DNA from: a virus | Strand: one strand, 5' to 3' | Virus record (IMG/VR): IMGVR_UViG_3300037454_000906 | Location: 1-64,000 of that record | Length of the DNA stretch: 64,000 nucleotides | Part shown: piece after piece, positions 53,894 through 64,000 of the stretch | Numbering within the stretch: the stretch's first letter is position 1 | How the letters are laid out: every line of letters starts with the position of its first letter | The notes under the pieces: model-generated | Database searches by the model: none | What the model was told of the DNA's origin: nothing | The model's input: only the letters and a program-made list of their open reading frames with translations | Program-made: the position numbers and the translations under genes

Positions 53894-54518
53894 GGCTATG
53901 TCCACACAAATTGTTGCTGGGCTAATCACACCAATAGTGTGCTAGTGGGTCTCCCCAGCAATTTTCTGGGAGTTTACCGTAATATGGTGAACCATAGGGT
54001 TGAAATCTACGATTCTTTCCGTTAGGAATATAGGGTTTCTTACATTTACCGTCATCGTTTTCAGTAAATCCGTCATTACATCCAGTTATGTAAGGCTGGT
54101 ATGTATCACTTGGTTGCAATTTTACTTTTCTTACATCTTTTCGCAAAGTTTCGTCTAATTCATTACCTATTTCATTAAATTCCCAGCCAGTGCTGGTTGA
54201 CTCTAACTCAATTTCTAGTATAGTTCCCAAATACATGCCATCTGCGTCATATCCCACAAGTTTAACCGATACACCATCGTTAATAGACCACCAATCCCAC
54301 GAAATGCGTCCACGACCAGTTTTCCAATTATATGATGCCGAGATTTTATTATCTGAACACCACCCATTCTTCGGCTTAGGACATATTGTATTACCGATAG
54401 TAGTAGTTAAAATGTTTGATGCATTAGTCATGCATACAAACATCAAAATCAAAAATACCATTTTTTTCATATTTTCCTCTTGTTAATTATTATAGCAACA
54501 CTTTGGGTGAACATAGCC
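53894..54518. mobile_element. Second non-autonomous TIR cassette carrying a secreted-protein gene
   Basis: TIRs GGCTATGTCCACACAAATTGTTGC (53894-53917) and GCAACACTTTGGGTGAACATAGCC (54495-54518), 21/24 match; 8-bp direct repeat TTTTAAAA (53886-53893 and 54519-54526). Confidence 0.88.
53922..54470 (-). CDS. AT-rich putative secreted Cys/Trp-rich protein (182 aa), cassette passenger
   Basis: MKKMVFLILMFVCMTNA signal-peptide-like N-terminus; markedly lower GC than the flanks. Confidence 0.75.
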   Translation of the reverse strand: MKKMVFLILMFVCMTNASNILTTTIGNTICPKPKNGWCSDNKISASYNWKTGRGRISWDWWSINDGVSVKLVGYDADGMYLGTILEIELESTSTGWEFNEIGNELDETLRKDVRKVKLQPSDTYQPYITGCNDGFTENDDGKCKKPYIPNGKNRRFQPYGSPYYGKLPENCWGDPLAHYWCD

Positions 54519-54527
54519 TTTTAAAAT

Positions 54528-57500
54528 TTATTTTCGCGTGAAAGTGTCATAGGCAGAATCAAATCCATACATACCGAAGTCGATGTACGGGATGCATTCG
54601 ATCTTCACCGCCGTGTTGTCGGACTCATTGTCCGAAAGGGTGTTCGGGACCAGGTACGTGACATTGGACCCTTCGAGGTTCCTGTCGATGTAGAGTTTCA
54701 CCCCCGCGGCCTTCGCAATGTCCTTGATTGCCTGGACATGCGGTTCCATCTTCTGCTTGACATCGAGGACGGCTTTGAGATCGTCCTCCATCGTGATCCT
54801 TTCCTTGACGAGCATCGCCTCGTACTGGGTATGGATCGTGTCCAGGATGCGCATGAAGGGAAACTCGGAATCATCCAGGTCCTCCGGCTTGAACTCGGCC
54901 TCCCCCCATTCCTCCTTTGGCCCGTCGCTGTCATCGACGAATGCGCGGACATACCAGGAAGCGTTAAGGAAATCGACGGTCAGGACAATCTGCACCTCGT
55001 CCGTTCCACCGCACCATGTCGGCTTCACGTGGAGACGGAAGTCCAGGTAGGAACCGAACGGGTCGTTGTTCTCGGCTTCCTCGCACTTGACTGCGCGGTA
55101 CATCTCGGGATGTTCCCGTTCGGCCAGGTTGCGGTACATGGCGGCGAAATGTTCCAGTTGGGTATCGGTGAGGCCTTTCTTGGCCTCGGGGGTCATGTTG
55201 GCTAAAAGGAACGCCAAGGACATGAGCTTGTTCATTATTGTCTCCTTGTTTCGTTGTTGACCGCACGTTGTGCCGCCGGGTCCCACCATTTATGGGACAC
55301 CGGGCACATGGTAGGTGCTAGGCGGGACTAAGGTGTTCCAGTCTCACGATGACCCTTGGGGGCGGGTTGTCCGCGAACGCTATGAGGTCGCGCACCAGGT
55401 CGTCCACCAGGTTCTGTATGCGTAGCTCGGAATCTCCCCCGTCGAACGCCGCTGATGCCATGAGGTGGCAGCTCCCCATGTAGCCCCCCGCGAGCAGGTG
55501 GCCCGTGGAGTCAAAGAGGGGGCCGATGTCTCGGATGCCATAGGTCCCTACGGCATTATCCCATGCCCGTGCCTTTTCAGCGGGGTCCATTTTTGAAAAA
55601 TCTTCTTCATAGGGGACATCATCGACTCTGAACTTGATGGCTCCTATGTCACCCCCTTCCTTCCTGATTTTATTGTTCACGTGCGCCGCGATGATTTCCC
55701 CGAGGAAAACGGGGGAACACACGATGTACTCGGGATGAATCCAACATGCTTTGCTCATTTAGGTCTCCTAGTATATGCGAATGTTTCCATTCTCGATTAT
55801 GAGCCCATTGGCGAGGTCGTCCGTCCCGTGTTGCCATCCCGCTTCGAGACTGAGCCGCATGAACTCTATCGGACGGGGGAACAGGGTCGTGTCGGCGAAC
55901 GCATCGCGAATATATGCGTAGTCGAGGCGGGAAACGTTCAACGGCCCGTTGAAGTAGGCGCGGTCAGCGTCCGCCACCCAGATGCAGACGCCCTCCTTGC
56001 GTTCCCATGGTTCGAGAATCCATTTCTTGATCTCGTCCTTGGCTTTCCTGCGGAGTTCCGCGATGAGCTTGTGGAGCTCGCCCTTGGTGAAGTTCTGGTT
56101 GCCGACCTTGTTCGCCATCGTAATCTCCTTGTTTCGTTGTTGACCGCACGTTGTGCCGCCGGGTCCCACCATCTGTGGGACACCGGGCACACGGGAGGTC
56201 ACTCGTCGGCGGTCACCCCAATCGCGGGGATACCGATGACAACCTTGTCCCCGGACTCGCGGGCGAACTCGATTGCGGCCCTCAACCCCTTTTCCTTGTA
56301 TGTCAGCATGAGCTTCCTCATGAAGCTGATGCCCTTGTGGTCGCCGTAGATGGTCCCGTTGGCCAACGCGTAGCCATAGGAGCCGTCGTTGTAGACGGTG
56401 GCGTCATTGGAGCCGTAAACCATGGGCCCGTCAACCTTGTTGTTCTCGTCTCCGAAGCAGAAGCCGTCGATTGAAAAATATTTTTCATGGTCCACGGGCC
56501 CGAACTCGTCACTCGGTGAGAAACTGGGGTAAAGCCCGTTTGCGGTGGCCCAGTCGAACAATTCGCGGAAATGCAGGGTCAGGTTGGCGCGCAGCTCGGC
56601 CAGGATAAGCCTCTTGACAAGGCACACGGCCTTGTACAATGCATCCGCCTGCTTGTCCAGGCACGTCTCCGCGGCCTTCCTGGTGCGCTTGGAGGGCGGG
56701 TAGAGGTTCTCGACGATGGTGTCGGTGTAGATGTCGAAGTTGCCCCCGTAGCTCGCCTCGCGGCACAGGCGCTTGACCTTGAACACCTCGCCGTCATCGT
56801 ACCTGCGGTCGAGGGGGATGTCCTCGGCTTCCTTATGGCAGATGAGGTGGCCGACGTTCAGCTCGGTAACGTCGCTTTCCCCGTTCACATCGTCGTAGTT
56901 GCCGATGCAGATACTTTCGAGCATCTGCTCGGCAAACCCGAGCACGGCCTTGCCGAAAGTGGAACGGGGCTTGGCCCTGCCCTTGATTTTCTCGTAAAGT
57001 CTGTTTGCGTTCATCGCTTGTCTCCTTGTGCCCCCACGTTGTGCTCCCGGGGTCCCCCACCCATGGGACCGCCAGCACACGGTGGGCAAGGGGGCCCAGG
57101 GGCAAAAATGTAAAAATAAAAATACAAAAAACCCGTCCGGACACGTGGCCCGGACGGGAAAAGTGTTGGTTCCCGGTCGCTAACAAGGAGTTTGACATGC
57201 GGCGCGCGACCGGGAACCGGGGGCAACATTGCGCCGCACATCAGGCAATAGTCAGTCCCACTGGATTGCGTTGTATGAGCACCCGTCGGGATCCACATGC
57301 ACGTTGTAGATGATTTTCCCCCTGGAAATGCGTTCCTTCTGCGCCTTGAATATGGCATCGACTTCTTCCCGCGAGAGGCTGTACGCCTCGTCCTGGGCCT
57401 TGTTGTACCCGAACTTGCGCAGCACCCTCCCGCTCCCGTCGATTTCCCACAGGCGCTGGAACTGGAACTTGACCCCGTACTCGCCCAGATCGTCCCCGTA

Positions 57501-60500
57501 GCAGATGCAGGAATTGGACATCCGCATCGCGTCAAGGACGGCTTGTCGGTGGATTTCGCTCGGGGTTCGCAGGTACCCGCAGCCGTTGGGGAGGGGCATC
57601 CCGTGCCGTTTTCCCACGGCTTCCCAAATCTTGCGTTCCTCCGCCTGGATTTCCTCTGTCGTTAGCCCAATGGGCCCCATCTTGTATTTCTTCTTCATTT
57701 TCTCCTCGTGACCCCACGCTGTATCCCCGGGCCCAACCACATCTGGGCACCGGGATACACGGGCGGTTACCATTTCACTTCGAACTTCTTCGTGCAGTCT
57801 GAACATACCGGGGTGGAACCGACAAATCGGTAGGTCGGCTTGCCGCACCCCTTGCACGGGTATTTCGTCCCGGCGGTTTCGCTCTTGTTCTTGAATCGCG
57901 CCTCCCCGTAATGGGTGTCAATCTTCGGGGGAGGGTTCGGATTCCCGTCAAGCCACAGCGACATGGGTTTCTCCTTGAAATCAAAAAATTATTTTTTGGC
58001 CAGGGTGTAGTTGTAGCCGGAATCCATCTTCCCGTGGAACTCGGGGTGCCTCTCGTACCCTGCGCGGACAATCGTCTGGTCGTGCGTGTTGTAGCCGCTG
58101 CCCGAACAGAAACTTGCACCGAACAGGTCGAGCCTGTATCCGTGCCCGGTGTTGAGGGGCTTGCCTTCCAGGTGGTCCCGGTAGGCCGCGATTGCGACAA
58201 TCCAGGCGAAAACCGGATTTTCCTTGAAGGCAATCGAGGTGGCCGTGGATTCCTTGTCGAACCCGTAGCCCTGCGTAACTTTTCCCGTTGTCAGGGTGCC
58301 GTCGGCGTACACGTTGGCCTTGGGGAGGAAGCCCCACGTACGGCTCTTGTGCCACTCGACGCGCACGCTGATGTCGGAGGGGAGCCCGATCTCGCTGCCG
58401 CGCCTGATCTCGGCCAGGGTGTCGCGGCGGCACTTGTCGAGCTCGATGCACGTGGCGTGGAGGACCTCTTCCCTGGCCTGTTCCAGGGTAATCTTCCCCT
58501 CGTCCAGCTTTTTGAGCGCCCTCTTGCCGAGTCGGCGCCGGATGTCGTCCTCGCCCATCTCCTTAATCCACCCGGCGTCCTTGGCCTTGGCGAGCACCGC
58601 GGTTTCAAGTATGGCGCTTTCCGTGAAAGCGAGGACCTTATCGGCATCGAACTTGAAAGTCTGTTCCATTTCAGTCTCCTTGTTTCCTTGTTGACCCCAC
58701 GTTGTGCTCCCGGGTCCCACCACAGATGGGACCCAGGGCACATGGTTTTCGTCAACTTCTAACAACCCATGCCGCCATGTCGGCAATCTATTCGGTCAGG
58801 CACCCGTTTTCAACGTGGAATCCGCAGCCCTGGTCATACGCCTCGCCCTGTATGGTGTCGTTCGCGTAGAACGTGAAGCAGCAGGCGTCGATTGCTTGCG
58901 GGTAGTCTCGCATCTGCGTCATTATCGACTCGATGTCATCGGCGCCGCACTCCACGCACTCCCGCCCTCTCCCGTTGTCGGGGTAGCCACGGATATCCAG
59001 GAAGAACGGATATTCCAGGTCATCGTTGGCACGGGAGTCGATTTGCTGCTCCATGGCGTCTTTCCATGCCGTGTACAATTCCTCGTAAGTAAATTTTTGG
59101 TGTCCGACCATGGAATTGCGAACCCGGTGGAACTTCTTGGGGAACCCGGGAATCTTGTATTTCGCGTAGCCCATGGACTTCGCGTCGGCCACGGAGCGAA
59201 TGGGGTCGAACGCTATGATGTTTCCGTGGGAATCATTGCGGACACGGAACCAGGATGCATTGGATTCGAGCGCTTTACGGGCGAGCGCTTGATATGCGGT
59301 CACTTCTTCCCGCGCCGTATTGGTCACATGGAGGGCGTGTGACAGGATTTCCGAGGTAACGATGCTCCCGGTGAACATGGCCAACGGCACCATGAGCTGA
59401 TCAAGTTCGGACCATTCGGCGGGCTCCTCGTTATCGACAGACGTGGTAACCTGTCCGGCGGCAAAATCGCGGTAGCATTCCTTCTTGGCCATTTCGAGCG
59501 CGATGCCGCTGGCCATGTCCGCGGTCGCGGCGGTCACTTCGTAGGTCTTGTGGAACAGGCGTTCCACCTTGATTTTCCACTTGATTTCATGTGCCATGTG
59601 TATCTCCTTGTTTCCTTGTGACCCCACGCTGTGCCGCCGGGTCCCACCATTCATGGGACAACTGGCACGCGGTGGGGCAAACGGAAAATCGAAAAATAAA
59701 AAGTGCCCATGTGGGCACTATGGAAACTTAGCCTTTTTATTATTTCTCCCCTATCCCCAAAGTGTTGCCGATTTACCTGTAATTGCCCATAACAGACGCA
59801 GCTAAGGCATCCTCCGTCAAGTCCTCATCCGTAATGGTACGGATTGCGGATGAGCCGCATTCGCTACGCCTGTTTCGCATGAATTTAATCCAGCAGTCCT
59901 TTGCGGGATGGGAACTTTTCTCCATTACGGCAAGCACCATGTCCGCTTCTTCATCGTTCATTTCAAACCGAACCAAGTGTATTTCTCCTTTTACGTTTTA
60001 ATTCCTCGGTTTAAGCACCCCGTGCGTAGGCGATGCCGTTCCAGTGCTCGGGACGGAGCCGGGGAGCCGGATAGCTCCTGCGGAGGTCCATGACGAGCGG
60101 TTTCACGCGCTTGGCCAGGGACGGCATGGACTCGATCTTGTCCGCGAGCCTGCTGCGTACGGAGTCGCCGGGGTAGCATTCCCAGGTGCGGTTGCAGTAG
60201 CCGACGTTGGCACGGGCGACCACGTTGCCCTGTGGGTCAACGAGGGCAGCCGAATGCACGAACTGGGTCTCGGTCCTGGGATTGTCAATCCCGTAAGACC
60301 ACCATTCAGTATGGTATTGGCCTGTGGGTTGGAATTTCGGGTTCTTCCTGCCGAGTTTCGGTGTCTTGTACATTGTTGTCTCCTTGTTGTTGAACATGCC
60401 CACGTTGTGCCCCCGGGTCCCACCAATCATGGGACATCTGGCGCATGGTCGGGGACCAGGGTTAACATAGGGAGCAAGTCCTTGGTCTTGAAGTACACGC

Positions 60501-63500
60501 GGCAATTCTTGAACGGCTCATGAAACGCGCAGACGGACATTTTTCCAAACGAGCGGATGGCTGCATGGAGCTGCATTTCGGTCAGCATTTTCTCCTCGCC
60601 ATTTACCACGTATTTTTTCGTGCACAGCTTTTTCCAGTAGTTCTCAAATTCTTCGTCACTCAGAATCGAATCATAGGCTCGCAGCAGAGCCCAACCTTCG
60701 TCGGTCAATTCGACGTACACGTAATCATTCATGTTAAATTCTGTAAACATAGTTGCCCCAAAATTAAAAAATTAAATTTGAATTGCGTTGATGGTGTAGG
60801 ATCTCTCGGAACCATCACTCCACATGAGAAGCACATACTGGCGCGCTTCGGGTTTCATGTTCTTCATCACATATTCGTAGGCTTCTTTCCAAGAAGTGGC
60901 CGTAAATGTGTCTGCGTCGTTGATGGAGATATTAAGTTCGGTCCCATCAACCATATTTGCCACCTCGTTGGCGATGGATTCACGGGCCTCTTCCCCGTTG
61001 ATATAGAGTTCGGTATTTCCGTCCTCGTTATCGAACACGCCCGTCGCGTCATTGATATGTCCGTTTTTGTCGGTGTCCGCCTGGGTCACAATGTAGTAGG
61101 TTGTCATGGTTCCCCCTAGATGTCGAGGTCGTTGATGGTGTAGACATCGGTGCGGGTGGAGCCGTCAGCGATGTAGATCTGCTTCACCATGATGGTAGTC
61201 GCGCCGTTGGCGATTGCCTCGCATACCGCCCCGACATTCGGTTCGATTGAGTTGCCCTCGTCGTCCTCGATGGTGATGTCCTTGATGTCGTCCATAGCGA
61301 GCGTGGCCGCCACATCGTCTGAGAGCGCGGGAACGAGGTCATCCGTGGTCTCCCCGTGCGCCATGATGACCACCGGAACCATCTCGCGGTCAATTTGGTC
61401 GCTGAGGTTAAGGTGGTCGCCGCAGGAATAGGTAGTCAGAAGTTTCATGTTGTCTCCTTGTCGTTGAACACGCACACGTTGGGCCCCCGGGTGCCCCCGA
61501 TCGCGGGACACGGGGAGCACGGATGGCTACGCCTGCATGACGGAAAGTCCGAGGTCCGGGTTCCCGTAGAGCCATGCGTTGTAGATTACGTCATAGTCCA
61601 TGTTGAGCAGGGTGGCCAGTTTCTCAAACAGGCGCTCGCGGACAACGCTGTCGCCCACCCCGATATAATCATAGATGTCCTTGTGTTCGCGGAGCGTCTG
61701 AATTGCTCCCGCAAAGGTTCCCGTAATCCGATTACCGAGGGTATCGTCCGGGAAAGCCTTTTTGTACCACGGCTTGATTGCCTTGTTGAACGGCTTCATT
61801 CCCTTGTTGATTTCGCGTTTAGCCATGCCGTTGCCTCCTTGGTTAAGATGGTGTTAGTCCTTGCACTCGAAGTCGAAGAAGTCTTCATCACAATGGTCAC
61901 ATGTCCATCGGTATTCACCCACCTCGGACGGGGTAACCTTGCGCCCGCAGCGCGGGCAATGGCGGTGATTCGCGTTGTCGCTTACTATGGGCAAGATGGT
62001 CCATCGGATGTTGTGGGCATCGTGTTCGGCGCGGTCGAGGACAACCTCGTGCTCGAAGATGATGATGGTGCCGTCATGGTCCTCCTGCTCCTTTTCCGCG
62101 ACACGATTGGCAAAGTCTTTCGCCTCGTCATGCGAGGGGAAATCCCTGGCGTACGCGGTCACATGGGTGTTCTCGGGGTCATCCGAGTGCTTGATTACGA
62201 CGTAGCGTTCGTCGGCCCCCTCGTTTCCTTGTTTCTGTTCGTGCTTTGCCATGTCGTCTCCTTGTCTCTGAACGTGCCCACGTTGTATCCCCGGGCCCCA
62301 CCGCCCGCGGGAATCCGGATACCCGGTGGGGGGAATGGGAAAATTGAAAAATAAAGTGCCCGTTTGGGCACCTCATTCCGATCGAGGTCACTTCGCGCGC
62401 TCGGGGGCGCGGACCTTTGCCACTTTCAGCTGCCCGTTGGAACCCGGGACGAGCATCGGTGCGCTATATTGCTTCTCTTCGCGCATTCTGTTCTCCTTAG
62501 TTGAAGTCAAGTTTGAAATCCAGGTCGCTCGCGACGGCCATCATGTAGAGGTTGTGGTGCACGAACTCATTCACTTTCATGGCCAGGAAGAGCATGTCCC
62601 CCGCATTGTCCGCATGGAACGTGCCGTGGAGAAGGCGGTTCCCGTTCCCCCCGTTTTCCGCGTTCGCGCTGTCGAAGCGGATGGAACACACTTCCACGTC
62701 AATGTCCCCGTTGTTCGTGTGGTTGGGCGTGAACAGGATGTCGAGCCTGGGATATTCGTGCGTGGTCCCGACGAGTCGGCTCCCGCTCCTGTCGCGGGGG
62801 ACCGCCTTGCAGGCGAACATCTTGATAGTGCCGTTCTCGTTCTCCACGGGGACAAGCTCGCCCATGCCCCAGTGCTCGTGGGCAATCTCGTTGAAATTGT
62901 TGGTCTCCCCAATCGTTTTCAGCATCTTGGCCGTCTTTTCGGTAAAGTACATGTCGCGTCTCCTTGTCATTGCATCCCCACGATGTGCCGCCGGGTCCCC
63001 CCGTCCGTGGGACACCGGGCACACGGTGGGCATAGGGACCCAGGGGCAAAAAAATGTAAAAATAAAAATACAAAAAGGGGCGCCTGCTCACGCAGGCGCC
63101 CCCGTTGGGATGGATGGAATTTTTTAGTCAGTCAGCTCGGGTGGGTTGTCGATGGGCACAACCTTTTGCTTGGGGTATGCCTTTTTCATTCTCGCCAGGG
63201 CCATCCACTTTGATTCGTCAAAGATGGACTTGGTTGCGGTGTATCCCGTGAAGTGAACCTCGAAGAGGAACTTCTTCTTGGGATATTTTCCGAGAGTGGG
63301 TTGAATGGGTGTCGCCATTGTTCCTCCTAGAAGTAGTTGCCCGCGCCGTCACCCTCTTCGTAGAGGGAGTTCGTTTCGGTGGAAAGTATCGTCACGGAGA
63401 GATCGTCGATTGCCGGGACGGTATCGAGGTCGATTTCCAGGTCACACTGGTCCTTGCCGGACTCATCTTCTTCCGGCGTAAGTTCGCGTGCTTTATGCCA

Positions 63501-64000
63501 CATCTCGACCTCTTCGGGGACAAGGCGGATGGTAGTGTCCCAATAGCAATCGTTTTGCGCGAGAAGTCTGCAATCCGCTTCATCAACGGCATCTTGCAAC
63601 TGCTTTGCCAAACTGCGAATCTTCGCAAGCTGTTCTTCGGGAATCTTTCTCATGATTTCTCCTTGTTTCTGTGTTGCCCATACGATGCACCCCCGGCCCC
63701 CACCTTGTCGGGGGTGCCGGGCGCACGGAAGTCATGCTTCATCGTCGTCGGGTCAATTTTTCATCTGCCGACTTTCGGATTTCTGATGTGGTGGATTTCA
63801 TAGTCTTTGCGAGCGTGTCCGGGGAATCGCGGGCGTGCTGCACTATGGCATCCTTGGTGTCCTTGGCCATCTCGACCGCCTTTTTCTTGGCCGAGTCAAC
63901 CATCTCGCCGCCCTTTTCGGCCACGACCTCGCCCGCCCCCGATGCTACCTCGGTGGCAATGTCCAGGGTAGCGGAGACCGCATCCGTGGCCATCGCGCCC
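54528..64000 (-). CDS. Hypothetical ORFs: 54528..55235, 55318..55758, 55768..56118, 56199..57014, 57252..57698, 57767..57964 (Zn finger), 57989..58669, 58788..59597, 59773..59976, 60011..60373, 60427..60750, 60772..61107, 61116..61448, 61527..61826, 61854..62252 (C-terminal CPRC/CDHC Zn ribbon), 62497..62952, 63124..63318, 63327..63653, 63739..>64000
   Basis: Most follow the hairpin plus CAACAAGGAAACAAGGAGAC-type leader. Confidence 0.65.

Larger units (their letters stand above)
53245..63105 (-). terminator. Several minus-strand intrinsic terminators (~53248, ~57133, ~59701, ~62354, ~63076)
   Basis: GC hairpins (GGGGCGCCTG..CAGGCGCCCC, CCCGTCCGG..CCGGACGGG, GTGCCC..GGGCAC) each followed on the minus strand by long T tracts. 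Confidence 0.65.
9538..63730 (-). repeat. Dispersed family of ~47-nt bulged hairpin repeats in front of genes (about 30 clear copies, about 40-45 including degenerate ones)
   Basis: Plus-strand pattern ACG-N-TGTG..CCGG.(T)CCCA...TGGGAC.CCGG..CACA-CGG at 9538, 29904, 39192, 39782, 40667, 40985, 42007, 43271, 44855, 45425, 46367, 47618, 50083, 50831, 52307, 53163, 55265, 56148, 57036, 57716, 58699, 59626, 60402, 61476, 62280, 62980, 63682 and others. Confidence 0.92.

Noticed and set aside
9022-62354. Long plus-strand ORFs such as 10752..11780, 15014..15925, 41280..42179, 48859..50157, 50946..51854, 57911..58762 and 61356..62354
   Set aside because: They are antisense shadows of GC3-rich minus-strand genes, with no RBS or motifs.
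9538-63730. Hairpin repeats as classical attC sites, REP/BIME elements or a CRISPR array
   Set aside because: No GTTRRRY/RYYYAAC cores, no integron integrase or RAYT in the window, and the intervening segments are whole genes rather than fixed-length spacers.
1-64000. Host assignment (for example a Fibrobacter-like rumen bacterium) from promoter style and composition
   Set aside because: Impression only; it needs database comparison.

Overview
Almost certainly part of a large (jumbo-type) phage or phage-like replicon. Nearly all genes are on the minus strand and most are short hypotheticals. No virion, terminase or integrase gene is recognisable. Recognisable genes are folA, thyA, a DHH phosphoesterase, a sigma70-family factor, a motor-only FtsK/SpoIIIE and tRNA-Arg(CCG). 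Main observations: (1) A 426-aa TnpB-type RuvC nuclease with no IS ends sits 183 bp from a 9-repeat CRISPR array (36-nt repeats, 29-30-nt spacers), with a partial anti-repeat between them and no cas1/cas2. This is a candidate compact TnpB-to-Cas12 system. (2) About 40 copies of a ~47-nt bulged hairpin with compensatory changes occupy the gap between a stop codon and the next RBS from ~9.5 to 63.7 kb, giving a cassette-array-like layout. (3) A tnpB-only IS605-family element is inserted in a TTGACA-17-TATATT promoter and rebuilds the -35 as TTCACA, and a 47-bp fused-end derivative lies nearby. (4) Two transposase-less cassettes have 23-24-bp TIRs, 8-bp TSDs and one passenger gene each. (5) A highly structured ~200-nt plus-strand ncRNA candidate, two aberrant tRNA-like elements and an unlisted plus-strand membrane peptide gene. 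All family assignments come from motifs read by eye; no searches were run.
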